From Chromatiales bacterium (lineage in GTDB: Bacteria > Pseudomonadota > Gammaproteobacteria > Xanthomonadales > SZUA-36), in assembly GCA_024640045.1 (NCBI GenBank), contig JAHEFS010000002.1, positions 20,040 through 84,039 on the forward strand: 64,000 bases of DNA, in the 5' to 3' direction. This document shows positions 1 to 8,733 of the stretch, one piece after another. Numbering within the stretch: the stretch's first letter is position 1; every line of letters begins with the position of its first letter. The translations under genes and the position numbers were made by a program. The notes under the pieces were generated by a model. That model ran no database searches. It was not told where the DNA came from and saw nothing but the letters and a program-made list of their open reading frames with translations.

Positions 1-673
1 CAGCCAGCCAGCCCTCGGTACGCGCCTGGTAACTGGCGATCCTGAGTGCGTGGCATTTTTTTCCGAGCAGTGCGTTGCCGCCATAGCCGGAGCCATATGA
101 CTGAATCATCAACTCTTCCGGGAAATGCATGATGAAGCGGCGTTCCGGGTCGAGTTCACCGATCGAGTGCAGACCACGCACAAAGGTGCCTTCCCGCTCG
201 ATCCTGGCCAGCGCGGCGCTGCCCATGCGCGTCATCAGACGCATATTCACGACCACGTATGGGCTGTCGGTAATTTCCACCCCGCAACGGGCCAATGGCG
301 AGTCGATCGGCCCCATGCAGTAAGGAATGACGTAAAGCGTGCGCCCTTCCATGCAGCCGTCGAACAGGCCGCGCATCTTTGCGTGCGCCTCGGCGGGCTG
401 CATCCAGTTATTGTTGGGGCCAGCATCGTCCTGTTCAGACGTGCAGACAAACGTCAGGTGTTCCACGCGCGCCACGTCGCCCGGGTCTGAACGATGCAGG
501 TAACAACCAGGATGCGTCTCCGCATTCAGGGGAAGAAACACCCCTGATTCCAGCATTTCCTCAACCAGGGCCTCATATTCAGCCTGATCGCCAGTACACC
601 AATGAACCTGGTCCGGGCGCGTCAGTTCCGCCACGCCATCCACCCAATTCTGCAGGTTTTCGTTACGGGTCAC
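1..673 (-). CDS. pckG: Phosphoenolpyruvate carboxykinase (GTP), N-terminal ~224 codons; the rest lies beyond the window start
   Basis: Not in the ORF track because it runs off the window. Hand translation of the minus strand from GTG at 671-673 (AGAGG 8 nt upstream) gives VTRNENLQNWVDGVAELTRPDQVHWCTG...DAGPNNNWM...LYVIPYCMGP...VEITDSPYVVVNMRLMTRMG...SYGSGYGGNALLGKKCHALRIAS. This is the conserved N-terminal half of GTP-type PEPCK. Confidence 0.9.
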   Translation of the reverse strand, partial: MTRNENLQNWVDGVAELTRPDQVHWCTGDQAEYEALVEEMLESGVFLPLNAETHPGCYLHRSDPGDVARVEHLTFVCTSEQDDAGPNNNWMQPAEAHAKMRGLFDGCMEGRTLYVIPYCMGPIDSPLARCGVEITDSPYVVVNMRLMTRMGSAALARIEREGTFVRGLHSIGELDPERRFIMHFPEELMIQSYGSGYGGNALLGKKCHALRIASYQARTEGWLA

Positions 674-798
674 GATAAACACCTCTGCTGTTTTTTCGTC
701 TGCTTTTGGGCACCGAATTGCCCAACCTCAGGTGGCCGGGAGCATAGCCCGTCAATCAGTCGTTTTCAATGCGATGAATCAGAACCCTCGCAGATGAT

Positions 799-1383
799 TC
801 AGGCGGATGGCACCAAGGTCGCGATGACGTGCTCGATGTAAGCCTCGAATGCCTGACTGCTCAGGCTGGGCGTCTGATGCTGTCTTTGCAGCTGCAGAAA
901 CCCAAGGTACACGCTGTAAGTCAGCCTTGCCCTGTGGTCGGCCTCTTCCGTCGGCATGCCCAGTTCCTCGAAAGCGCGCGCAATGTGGAGCATACGCCGG
1001 TTGGCAACACGCTCCAGTACCGGTTCGACCTGGGGGTGATCGGTGGCCGCACAAAGCGCACTGAAGACCTGGTGCGTCAAGCGCTCCCGCCCGACCCTGC
1101 GAAAAAACGACTTGAGACGGTCCCGCGGGTCTTCAATCGCACCCAAAGATGCGTTCAGGTTCCGGACATCGTGCTTTTCCCAGCTGGCCAACGCCTGATC
1201 CAACAGGGCTTCACGACTGGGAAAATGCCAGTAAAAACTGCCTTTCGTGATACCCATTCGGCGCGCCAGGGGCTCGACGGCCAACGCCCTCACACCCTGT
1301 TCACCGATCATTTCAAGCGCATGCAGCTCCCAGTCGGCAGCTGACAGCTTGCTACGTGTCTTTTTTGTCGCCAGCGCTTGCAT
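799..1383 (-). CDS. TetR/AcrR family transcriptional regulator
   Basis: The ORF 799..1425 contains the TetR HTH signature (GVRALAVEPLARRMGITKGSFYWHFPSREALL). I prefer the ATG at 1383 (MQALATKK), which has AGGAAA upstream, over the track start at 1425. The gene is divergent from fadE. Confidence 0.85.
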   Translation of the reverse strand: MQALATKKTRSKLSAADWELHALEMIGEQGVRALAVEPLARRMGITKGSFYWHFPSREALLDQALASWEKHDVRNLNASLGAIEDPRDRLKSFFRRVGRERLTHQVFSALCAATDHPQVEPVLERVANRRMLHIARAFEELGMPTEEADHRARLTYSVYLGFLQLQRQHQTPSLSSQAFEAYIEHVIATLVPSA

Positions 1384-1503
1384 GATCCATTTTCCTGCCT
1401 GTCCAAACCCCTCCATTGTGAGCAATCACACGCAGACATGCCAGTGAAAAACCCCGCCGGCGGTCTATTTCAAACCCAATTTCGGACCCCGTCGGATGCG
1501 GGA

Positions 1504-1543
1504 TTGACTTGGACGCCTCCGATCACCATACTCTACCGTATGG
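1504..1543 (+). promoter_or_regulatory. Candidate sigma70 promoter of fadE overlapped by an inverted repeat (possible TetR operator)
   Basis: TTGACT (1504-1509), a 17-nt spacer, then CATACT (1527-1532). The inverted repeat CCATAC-N6-GTATGG (1526-1531 / 1538-1543) overlaps the -10 element. The site is about 95 nt upstream of the fadE ATG, in the divergent intergenic region shared with the TetR gene. Confidence 0.4.
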
Positions 1544-1634
1544 AAGCCGGAAATCGACCGCAGACGACTCATCGACCCGCGGCCATATGGCCGGTACCCG
1601 CCGGAAGCGGCCCTGAAGTTCGGAGGACACACCC

Positions 1635-4112
1635 ATGACCGCCCTGTTGCTACTCTCATTGCTTACCGTTTCGCTCGTTTGCGCATTTCTGGGCACTCGC
1701 CTGCTGATCTGGTCCTCAGCCCTGTTGCTGACCTTTGCCCTGTTTGCCGTAGCCGGCGAACCGGGGTGGATTTCCCTGACCCTCATTGGTCTGTTGCTGG
1801 CCGGCATCCTGGTCCCGTTGAACCTGCCGGCACTGCGCCAGCGATTCATCAGCGGTCCCTTCCTTATTCAGTATCGCAAGATGCTGCCGCAACTGTCGGA
1901 CACCGAAAAAGATGCGATGGAGTCCGGCACGGTCGGATGGGAAGGCGAGTTGTTCTCAGGCAAGCCTGACTGGAAGAAACTGCTGGATCAGCCCTACCTC
2001 GAGCTCACATCAGAGGAACAGGCTTTCGTCGATGGTCCGGCTGAAGAGCTGTGCGGCATGCTGCGGCAATGGGAAATCACGCATGAACTGGCGGATTTGC
2101 CTCCCGAGGTTTGGGCGTTCTGCAAGAAGAACAAATTCTTCGGCATGATCATCCCCAAGCAGTTTGGTGGACTGGGCTTCTCGGCCATGGCGCACCGTGC
2201 GGTTCTGCAGAAAATCTCTTCGGTCAGCGCCGTAGCGGGCAGCAACGTCGCTGTCCCCAATTCACTGGGCCCGGCTGAACTCATATTGCATTACGGGACC
2301 GATGAACAGAAAAACCATTATCTTCCCCGGCTGGCCGTGGGTGACGACATTCCCTGTTTCGGCCTGACAGGACCGACAGCCGGTTCTGACGCCACTTCGA
2401 TACCGGACTACGGCGTGGTCTGCGAGGGCGAGTACCAGGGTAAAAAAGTCCTGGGCATGCGCCTGAACTTTGACAAGCGTTACATTACGCTCGCGCCGGT
2501 GGCCACCGTGATCGGCCTGGCGGTCAGGCTATACGATCCGGACAAACTTCTCGGCGACACCCGCGATCTCGGCATCAGCCTGGCCCTGGTACCACGGGAA
2601 ACTCCGGGCGTCGAAGTCGGTACCCGCCACATGCCCCTGAACGTGCCGTTCCAGAACGGCCCGGTTCGCGGCAAAGATGTCTTCCTGCCACTGGATGCAC
2701 TGATCGGCGGATCGGACATGATCGGCAAAGGCTGGCGCATGCTGGTCGAATTGCTGTCGGTCGGTCGCGGCGTCACCCTGCCGTCCTCGTCCACCGGCGG
2801 CGCCAAGATGGGTTCGCTCGCCACCGGCGCTTACGCGCGTATCCGCAAACAATTCAACTTGCCGATCGGTCGCTTCGAGGGCGTCGAGGAAGCCCTTGCG
2901 CGAATAGCCGGCAAGACCTACGCGATCTCCGCGCTTTCGCGAATGACCGCAACGGCTGTCGATCTGGGTGAAAAACCAGCCATCTCCTCCGCCATCGCCA
3001 AGTATCACGCGACTGAAATGGCGCAACAAATCATCAAGGACGTCATGGACGTTCACGGCGGCAAAGGAATCATCCTGGGTCCGCGCAATTACCTGGGCCG
3101 CGCGTGGCAAGGCTCGCCCATATGGATCACGGTCGAAGGCGCCAACATCATGACGCGTTGCCTCATGATCTTCGGTCAGGGCGCCATTCGCTGCCATCCG
3201 TTTGTTCTCAAGGAAATACAGGCCTCGGGGATTTCGGATCCAGACCAGGCGCTGAAGACATTCGACAAATTGCTGTTCGGGCACGTGGGATACAGCATCC
3301 GCAACGCGGTGCGAAGCTTCGTGCTGGGCTTCAGTCGAGGCCATCTGAGCCGGGTACCCGTACCGAATGATCGTCGTCTGGCCAGCTACTACCGCAAGTT
3401 GACGCGTTATTCCGCTGCACTGGCCTTCGCTGCTGACATTTCCATGCTGACCCTGGGTGGCAAGCTTAAACAGAAGGAGCGGCTCTCAGCCCGTCTCGGT
3501 GACGTTCTTAGCCAGCTGTACATCTGCTCTGCCATGCTGGCTCGTTACGAGGCTCAGGACCGTCCATCAACCGATCAGCCGATCCTGGCCTGGGCGTTCC
3601 ATGACGCCATCTACAAAATTCAGACAGCCCTGGCTGGTGCGGTGGACAATTTCCCCAACCGTTACATGCGCCTGCTGCTAAGCCTGGTCATTTTCCCCAC
3701 TGGTCGGCGTGAACGTGAGCCCGGCGACCGCCTCGGTCACCGGGTTGCCCAATTGTTGTTGTCGCCCTCTGCGACACGCGACCGGCTGACCCAGGGCGTG
3801 TACAAGTCCGCTGCTAACGGGCACCCCGTCGGTTTGATGGAGGAAGCGCTGCCACAGGTGATCGCCGCAGAGCCGCTGGAGCGGCGTCTGCTGAAAGCAC
3901 AACGTGCCGGACAACTCGATGCCATCACTTGGGAGGAACAACTGGAACAGGCGGTTTCGCTTTCGGTTGTGACCCGCGACGAAGCCAAAACCCTGACGCA
4001 GGTACGGGAACTGGTGCTGGAGATCATCGCCGTCGACGAATTCGAGTCAGAAGTTCTGGAACTCGGCAAAACGATGGGCAACGAGCCCCTGCACACTTCC
4101 GAAGCGGCCTGA
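1635..4112 (+). CDS. fadE: Acyl-CoA dehydrogenase, long FadE type with N-terminal membrane segment
   Basis: 825-aa ORF with GGAGGA 7 nt upstream of the ATG. It has hydrophobic N-terminal helices followed by acyl-CoA dehydrogenase domains (GLTGPTAGSDATS, EGANIMTR). Length and architecture match E. coli-type FadE. Confidence 0.9.
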   Translation: MTALLLLSLLTVSLVCAFLGTRLLIWSSALLLTFALFAVAGEPGWISLTLIGLLLAGILVPLNLPALRQRFISGPFLIQYRKMLPQLSDTEKDAMESGTVGWEGELFSGKPDWKKLLDQPYLELTSEEQAFVDGPAEELCGMLRQWEITHELADLPPEVWAFCKKNKFFGMIIPKQFGGLGFSAMAHRAVLQKISSVSAVAGSNVAVPNSLGPAELILHYGTDEQKNHYLPRLAVGDDIPCFGLTGPTAGSDATSIPDYGVVCEGEYQGKKVLGMRLNFDKRYITLAPVATVIGLAVRLYDPDKLLGDTRDLGISLALVPRETPGVEVGTRHMPLNVPFQNGPVRGKDVFLPLDALIGGSDMIGKGWRMLVELLSVGRGVTLPSSSTGGAKMGSLATGAYARIRKQFNLPIGRFEGVEEALARIAGKTYAISALSRMTATAVDLGEKPAISSAIAKYHATEMAQQIIKDVMDVHGGKGIILGPRNYLGRAWQGSPIWITVEGANIMTRCLMIFGQGAIRCHPFVLKEIQASGISDPDQALKTFDKLLFGHVGYSIRNAVRSFVLGFSRGHLSRVPVPNDRRLASYYRKLTRYSAALAFAADISMLTLGGKLKQKERLSARLGDVLSQLYICSAMLARYEAQDRPSTDQPILAWAFHDAIYKIQTALAGAVDNFPNRYMRLLLSLVIFPTGRREREPGDRLGHRVAQLLLSPSATRDRLTQGVYKSAANGHPVGLMEEALPQVIAAEPLERRLLKAQRAGQLDAITWEEQLEQAVSLSVVTRDEAKTLTQVRELVLEIIAVDEFESEVLELGKTMGNEPLHTSEAA

Positions 4113-4155
4113 CCACATACTGCGGCGCAACACCGCTTTCATTGCTATACTCACC

Positions 4156-4186
4156 GACCCCGGCAATTTGCCGGGGTCTTGCTTTG
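4156..4186 (+). terminator. Rho-independent terminator of fadE
   Basis: 9-bp GC-rich stem GACCCCGGC / GCCGGGGTC with a 5-nt loop, followed by TTGCTTT, 44 nt after the fadE stop. Confidence 0.7.
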
Positions 4187-4392
4187 GGTGCGTCAACCGG
4201 TTCGCGATAGAAGCGGTGACGTGAAACGGGAAGCCGGTTCGAGTCCGGCGCTGCCCCCGCAACGGTAAGCGAGCCGGAATATCGCCGTTATCTCGGCAAA
4301 TTCCGCTGCCAGAACAATCGCCACTGGGTCTGGAGACCCGGGAAGGCGTTTTGGCAGCCAGCGTGGCCCGCAAGCCCGGAGACCGGCCCTTG
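4187..4392 (+). promoter_or_regulatory. Cobalamin (adenosylcobalamin) riboswitch
   Basis: Core elements are readable in the sequence: GGGAAGCCGGTTCGAGTCCGGCGCTGCCCCCGCAACGGTAAGC, GCCACTGGG...CCCGGGAAGGCG (4320-4348), and the B12 box AAGCCCGGAGACCGGCC (4372-4388). It sits directly upstream of a BtuB-like receptor gene. Confidence 0.85.
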
Positions 4393-4526
4393 CAAAAATG
4401 TCCCGGGCCCATCGATGCCCGGCCACGACGCGCGTTGCGGAGGGCAACCGGGTTCCAGGCAAAGAACCCGGCCTGTTCCCGCTTCCGTCACGCCAGTATC
4501 GCGGGTGTGCGTTACGGAGAAGCACG

Positions 4527-6338
4527 ATGTTCCTGAAACCCTGCAGGCAGATCTTGCCTTTTTTATTGACTTTCTCATGCTGCATCTGGGCCGGGGAAGC
4601 CAGAACAGAGTTCGGGACTCCCATCGAATTGCCTGACATCAAAGTTGTGACCGCGGCCAGGTCAGAGCAGGACAGCCGAAATGTCACGGCCTCGGTCAGC
4701 GTCATCACACGGCAGGAGATACAGCGCTCGGCGGCGGAAGACTTGCTCGAGTTGCTGCGCTTGCAGGCCGGTGTCGATATTGTCCGCAGCGGCCCTGCCG
4801 GGTCGCAAACCAGTGTATTTCTCAGGGGTGGAAATTCCGATCACCTGCTGGTTCTGATCGATGGTGTGCGTGTCGCTTCCGCGCACACCGGAACGTACAC
4901 CTGGGAATTGCTTCCACTCGCCCAGATCGAGCGAATCGAGATCGTCAGGGGCCCGCGAGCGGCGCTTTATGGCTCCGATGCAATCGGCGGCGTGATCCAG
5001 GTTTTCACGCGCCAACTGGATGGGCCGGTGGCCCGCCTGACCGTAGGCAGTTACGGTACGACAGAGGCGGAAGCCGGGCTGAGCGCCAAACATGAAAACA
5101 GCACTCACTCACTGACCGCGGCCTGGCGAAAATCGAACGGGTTTTCGTCACAGAACCCGAACGGGTACAGCCATGACCCCGATGACGATGGTTTCGATTC
5201 CCGTTCGGCCGGGGCGAGCGGCGAAATCGGCCATGGCGATGGCGCCTGGAAGTACCGGGTCCTCGCGAGCGAGAGCGAGACCGAATTCGATCAGGGCGTC
5301 TCTGAAGCCCGCCAGTGGCTGGCCAACATTTCCTGGCACGGACGGGCGAGCGACGACTGGACCTACCAGATTCAGGCCGGATACTTCGACGAAGAATTGG
5401 AGTCGGACTATCTCTTTTTCGCGACCGGATTCGACTCGACACGATTGGACCTCAGCTGGCAAAACCAACTTGAACTGCCAAAAGGGAGCCTTGGCTTCGG
5501 TATCGATTTCGTGGATGACGAGGGTCAGTCCGACGGCAATTACCAGGCTGACCGAGACAACCGGGCAATTTTCGCTGTCTGGGACCTGCCAACAGGAAAG
5601 ACCAACCTGCAGGTCGGCGCGCGTTTCGACGACAACAGCCAGTTTGGCAGGGAATGGACATGGCAAGCCGCTGCCAGCTTTTTGGCCGGCCAATCCAGCC
5701 GGCTCAGTGCGCAGTTCGGCACTGCCTTCCGAGCACCCGATCTCGGTGAGCAATTCTCACCCGGTTTTGGCGGCTTTTTTGCTGGAAATCCCAACCTGCA
5801 GCCGGAAACCTCTCAGACCTTTGAGCTGAACTACCGCTTCCAGTCGCGACAGGAACTGCGCTATTCAGTGGCCGCCTACCACACCGAAGTGGAACAACTG
5901 ATTGCCTTTACTGGCGAAAACTTCCAGGCGATCAACATAAGCCGGGCCGCGCTCAAGGGCGTGGAGGCGGAAGTGGCGGCGCACCTGGGCGGCTGGATTC
6001 TGCGAGCCAACGCGACATTTCAGGAGACTGAGGACAAGACCACCGGTGAACGCCTGCTGCGCCGCCCTGACCGTAAGGGATCAATCACACTGGACCGGAC
6101 CTTCGAAAACGGCAGTTGGGCCGGGCTGGATTGGTTCATGTCCGGAACCAGGCTTGACGTCGGCTCTCAGACCCTTCCAGGTTACGGAATTCTCAGCCTG
6201 CGTGGGGGTTGGTCGTTGGGCAACTCGGTCGGTCTCGAGTTGCGACTTGAAAATCTGCTGGACAAGGAATACGAACCCGCAGCCGGGTTCAACAGCGCTG
6301 GCCGATCAGCCTTCCTGAGCCTGGACTGGCGGCCCTGA
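4527..6338 (+). CDS. btuB: TonB-dependent vitamin B12 / cobalamin outer-membrane receptor
   Basis: The ORF track starts at 4398, inside the riboswitch. The ATG at 4527 has GGAGA 7 nt upstream and yields a signal peptide (MFLKPCRQILPFLLTFSCCIWAG). It has a TonB box (DIKVVTAAR), a plug domain (GGVIQVFTR) and the C-terminal beta-barrel ending (...SAFLSLDWRP). The riboswitch context supports a B12 specificity. Confidence 0.85.
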   Translation: MFLKPCRQILPFLLTFSCCIWAGEARTEFGTPIELPDIKVVTAARSEQDSRNVTASVSVITRQEIQRSAAEDLLELLRLQAGVDIVRSGPAGSQTSVFLRGGNSDHLLVLIDGVRVASAHTGTYTWELLPLAQIERIEIVRGPRAALYGSDAIGGVIQVFTRQLDGPVARLTVGSYGTTEAEAGLSAKHENSTHSLTAAWRKSNGFSSQNPNGYSHDPDDDGFDSRSAGASGEIGHGDGAWKYRVLASESETEFDQGVSEARQWLANISWHGRASDDWTYQIQAGYFDEELESDYLFFATGFDSTRLDLSWQNQLELPKGSLGFGIDFVDDEGQSDGNYQADRDNRAIFAVWDLPTGKTNLQVGARFDDNSQFGREWTWQAAASFLAGQSSRLSAQFGTAFRAPDLGEQFSPGFGGFFAGNPNLQPETSQTFELNYRFQSRQELRYSVAAYHTEVEQLIAFTGENFQAINISRAALKGVEAEVAAHLGGWILRANATFQETEDKTTGERLLRRPDRKGSITLDRTFENGSWAGLDWFMSGTRLDVGSQTLPGYGILSLRGGWSLGNSVGLELRLENLLDKEYEPAAGFNSAGRSAFLSLDWRP

Positions 6339-6356
6339 ACGCGGCGCAGAGTCGTG

Positions 6357-6908
6357 TTACATCATGCCCGTTTCGAGGCGGGCTACATCTGACATCATCT
6401 GGTGATTCCAGGGAGGATCGAAGGTGAGTTCCACCTCGACATTCGAAATGGTCGGGACCAGGCTAATTTTTGAACGGACATCTTCCACCAGGATGTCACC
6501 CATACCGCAACCCGGTGCGGTCAGGGTCATGCGTACCGAAACTTCACGCTCGCCGCGGTCATTGGTGCGCATCTCGCAATCGTAGATCAGCCCCAGGTCC
6601 ACGACGTTGACCGGAATTTCCGGGTCGTAGCAGGTTTTTATCTGCTCCCAGATCAGCCGCTCAACGTCTTCTTCCGTGGCGTTATCCGGAAGGCTCGGGG
6701 GCCTGACAGGCTCCTTGCCAATGGCATCGGCATCCAGACCCGCAACGCGAAACAGGTTGCCATCGACGAACACGGTGAAGCTGCCGCCCAGGGCCTGGGT
6801 AATGTAACCGACCGTTCCTGCCGGTATCACGACCTCGTCTCCCGACGGGATCATGACCACCGCACAATCGCGCTCGAACTGGCAAGGCTGGCTGGTCTGG
6901 CTGAACAT
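6357..6908 (-). CDS. sufT: Putative Fe-S cluster assembly protein SufT (DUF59/MIP18 family, long form)
   Basis: 183 aa. The N-terminal segment is CAVVMIPSGDEVVIPAGT...ALGGSFTV. The C-terminal DUF59 domain has YDPEIPVNVVDLGLIY...MTLTAPGCGMG...DPPW. Confidence 0.75.
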   Translation of the reverse strand: MFSQTSQPCQFERDCAVVMIPSGDEVVIPAGTVGYITQALGGSFTVFVDGNLFRVAGLDADAIGKEPVRPPSLPDNATEEDVERLIWEQIKTCYDPEIPVNVVDLGLIYDCEMRTNDRGEREVSVRMTLTAPGCGMGDILVEDVRSKISLVPTISNVEVELTFDPPWNHQMMSDVARLETGMM

Positions 6909-7113
6909 TTATCAATTATCTCCTGACCCTGAAAATACGGCCCAATCAAAGCCATATCAAGACTGCATCAATTCAGCATGGGATTATGCCAGTCTGAGGG
7001 CTGGCTGGATACGCCCGTCACAGCGCCGTTGCCGACCCATGGCCTGTTGCCAAGTTCAGGGACAACAGACGCTACCTGTCATCTGGCGAATTTAGTATCC
7101 TGAAACGTCATGA

Positions 7114-8733
7114 ATGACGGGAGAGGTGTCGTTGAAAAGCTGGATGAAGGGTTTCAACCGCAAGCTGCACTTCGCTTTCGGGACCCTGCTGGTCACGACA
7201 TTGGGCCTCGCGTGGTACTTCTACGACAGCGTCAAGTGGTACGAATTCGACGTCCAACACATCGCGCTGGCCAACCGGGTTCTGCAAGGCTACCTCGAAG
7301 TCACTGACCTCACCTACCGTGAACTGAACCAGCTTGGCGAAAGCATTGCGACTGGCCAGGCCGTACCGCCCTCAGAGACAGCTGAGCGAACCCAAATCCT
7401 GAGGCAGGCCGTATCGGAAGTCCGCCAGGGCATTGCTGCCGAAGTGGCGCTCGAGGGAACCACGCGGGAAATGACCAAGCTTGACGCCCTGGAGGACATC
7501 AACCGGCTGGTTGAAGAGGTCATCCGAACGGGCCAGCGTGTCAACCTCGCGCTACTGGCTGGCGATACCGCGCAGGCCGCGAGCGAAATCTCCCAACTCA
7601 GGAGCGGGGATATTGTTGGTCTGTTCAATACCCTGATTGAAAACGCACTGGCAGAACAAAGGCTCGAGGTCCGCACTGCGGATCAGGAAGCCATAGCACT
7701 GGCACACTATATTACCCGTGCACTTCCGGTCTTTGTGGCGATCCTCGTGGTACTCACATTGGTCGCGGTGTTCTTTTTTTCCGGCAGCCTGACCCGTTCG
7801 ATCTCTGCCCTGCAGGAGGGCGCCAGAGCGTTCTCCAGCGGAGATCTGAGACACCAGATTCCCAGGCTGGGGGATTACGAATTCGACCGTCTTGGGCAAG
7901 CTTTTAACAATATGGCCCGCGATTTGCGGGAAAACCGCAAACGTTTGCACGAGGTCAATATCGGGCTCGAAGCAACGGTCGATGAGCGGACGCGTGCACT
8001 CAAGAGCAGTAACGAAAAACTTGCTGAACTGGACGCCAAACGGCGCAAATTGCTGGCTGATATCAGCCATGAATTCCGGACCCCATTGACCGTAATGCGA
8101 GGCGAGGCGGAAATTGCTCTGCGGGGAAAAGAAAAGTCCAACGACTCATATCAGCAAGCCTTCCGGCGAATCATGGAGCAAGCCGACCACACGACCCGTC
8201 TCGTAGACGATCTGCTGTTCATTGCCCGGGCGGATGCCGGCGAAACCAAGCTCAAAGTCCGATCAGTGTCGCTGGTCGAAACTGTACAGGCCGTGTGCAC
8301 GGACTTCAGCGCGCGCGCACTGCAGGATGGCCTGCAGATAGCACTGCACATTGCCGTCAAACAGGTCATGGTGCTGGGCGACCCGGGCAGGCTGCGGCAG
8401 GTATTTGCCATTCTGCTCGACAACGCGCTGCGTTATTCGCTGCCTGGCGGGACGGTTGAGGTCAGCCTGACCGTCGCCGGTGGAGAGGCTTGTGTTACAG
8501 TCCGTGACAACGGAATTGGCTTGACAGATGAAGAGGCGGAACAGGCATTCGAACGATTCTTCCGCGGTGCCGGGGCAGAAGCACACGCGCGCGGTACCGG
8601 CCTGGGACTCCCTGTCGCCAAAGCAATCGTCAATGCGCACCAGGGCCGCATTTCTCTGACGGGCGAGACTGGCGAGGGTGCTGTCGCCATGGTTTTTCTA
8701 CCGGCTAAGGATCACTTGAGGGTTGTTGCGTGA
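7114..8733 (+). CDS. Sensor histidine kinase (TM - sensor - TM - HAMP - HisKA - HATPase_c)
   Basis: H-box SHEFRTPLTVMRGEAE, N-box LLDNALRY, G-boxes DNGIGL and GTGLGLPVAKAIV. There are two hydrophobic segments (about aa 17-38 and 200-222). The start is uncertain: ATG 7114, or TTG 7132 preceded by GAGAGG. Confidence 0.85.
   Translation: MTGEVSLKSWMKGFNRKLHFAFGTLLVTTLGLAWYFYDSVKWYEFDVQHIALANRVLQGYLEVTDLTYRELNQLGESIATGQAVPPSETAERTQILRQAVSEVRQGIAAEVALEGTTREMTKLDALEDINRLVEEVIRTGQRVNLALLAGDTAQAASEISQLRSGDIVGLFNTLIENALAEQRLEVRTADQEAIALAHYITRALPVFVAILVVLTLVAVFFFSGSLTRSISALQEGARAFSSGDLRHQIPRLGDYEFDRLGQAFNNMARDLRENRKRLHEVNIGLEATVDERTRALKSSNEKLAELDAKRRKLLADISHEFRTPLTVMRGEAEIALRGKEKSNDSYQQAFRRIMEQADHTTRLVDDLLFIARADAGETKLKVRSVSLVETVQAVCTDFSARALQDGLQIALHIAVKQVMVLGDPGRLRQVFAILLDNALRYSLPGGTVEVSLTVAGGEACVTVRDNGIGLTDEEAEQAFERFFRGAGAEAHARGTGLGLPVAKAIVNAHQGRISLTGETGEGAVAMVFLPAKDHLRVVA

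Noticed and set aside
1468-1485. PsrA-type operator (CAAAC-N4-GTTTG) in the TetR-fadE intergenic region
   Set aside because: The sequence is CAAACCCAATTTCG, and the second half-site does not match GTTTG. The CCATAC-N6-GTATGG repeat over the -10 element is a better operator candidate.
2529-3344. Long antisense or off-frame ORFs inside fadE, and similar ones inside the RND pump (21049..21765), mnmG (29373..30095), glnS (27575..28351) and btuB (5148..5753)
   Set aside because: All overlap genes with strong family signatures. They are the expected stop-poor alternative frames of a high-GC genome.
4193-4708. 171-aa minus-strand ORF covering the cobalamin riboswitch and the btuB 5' end
   Set aside because: The region is explained by a well-defined riboswitch plus the btuB signal peptide. 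The ORF has no start signals.
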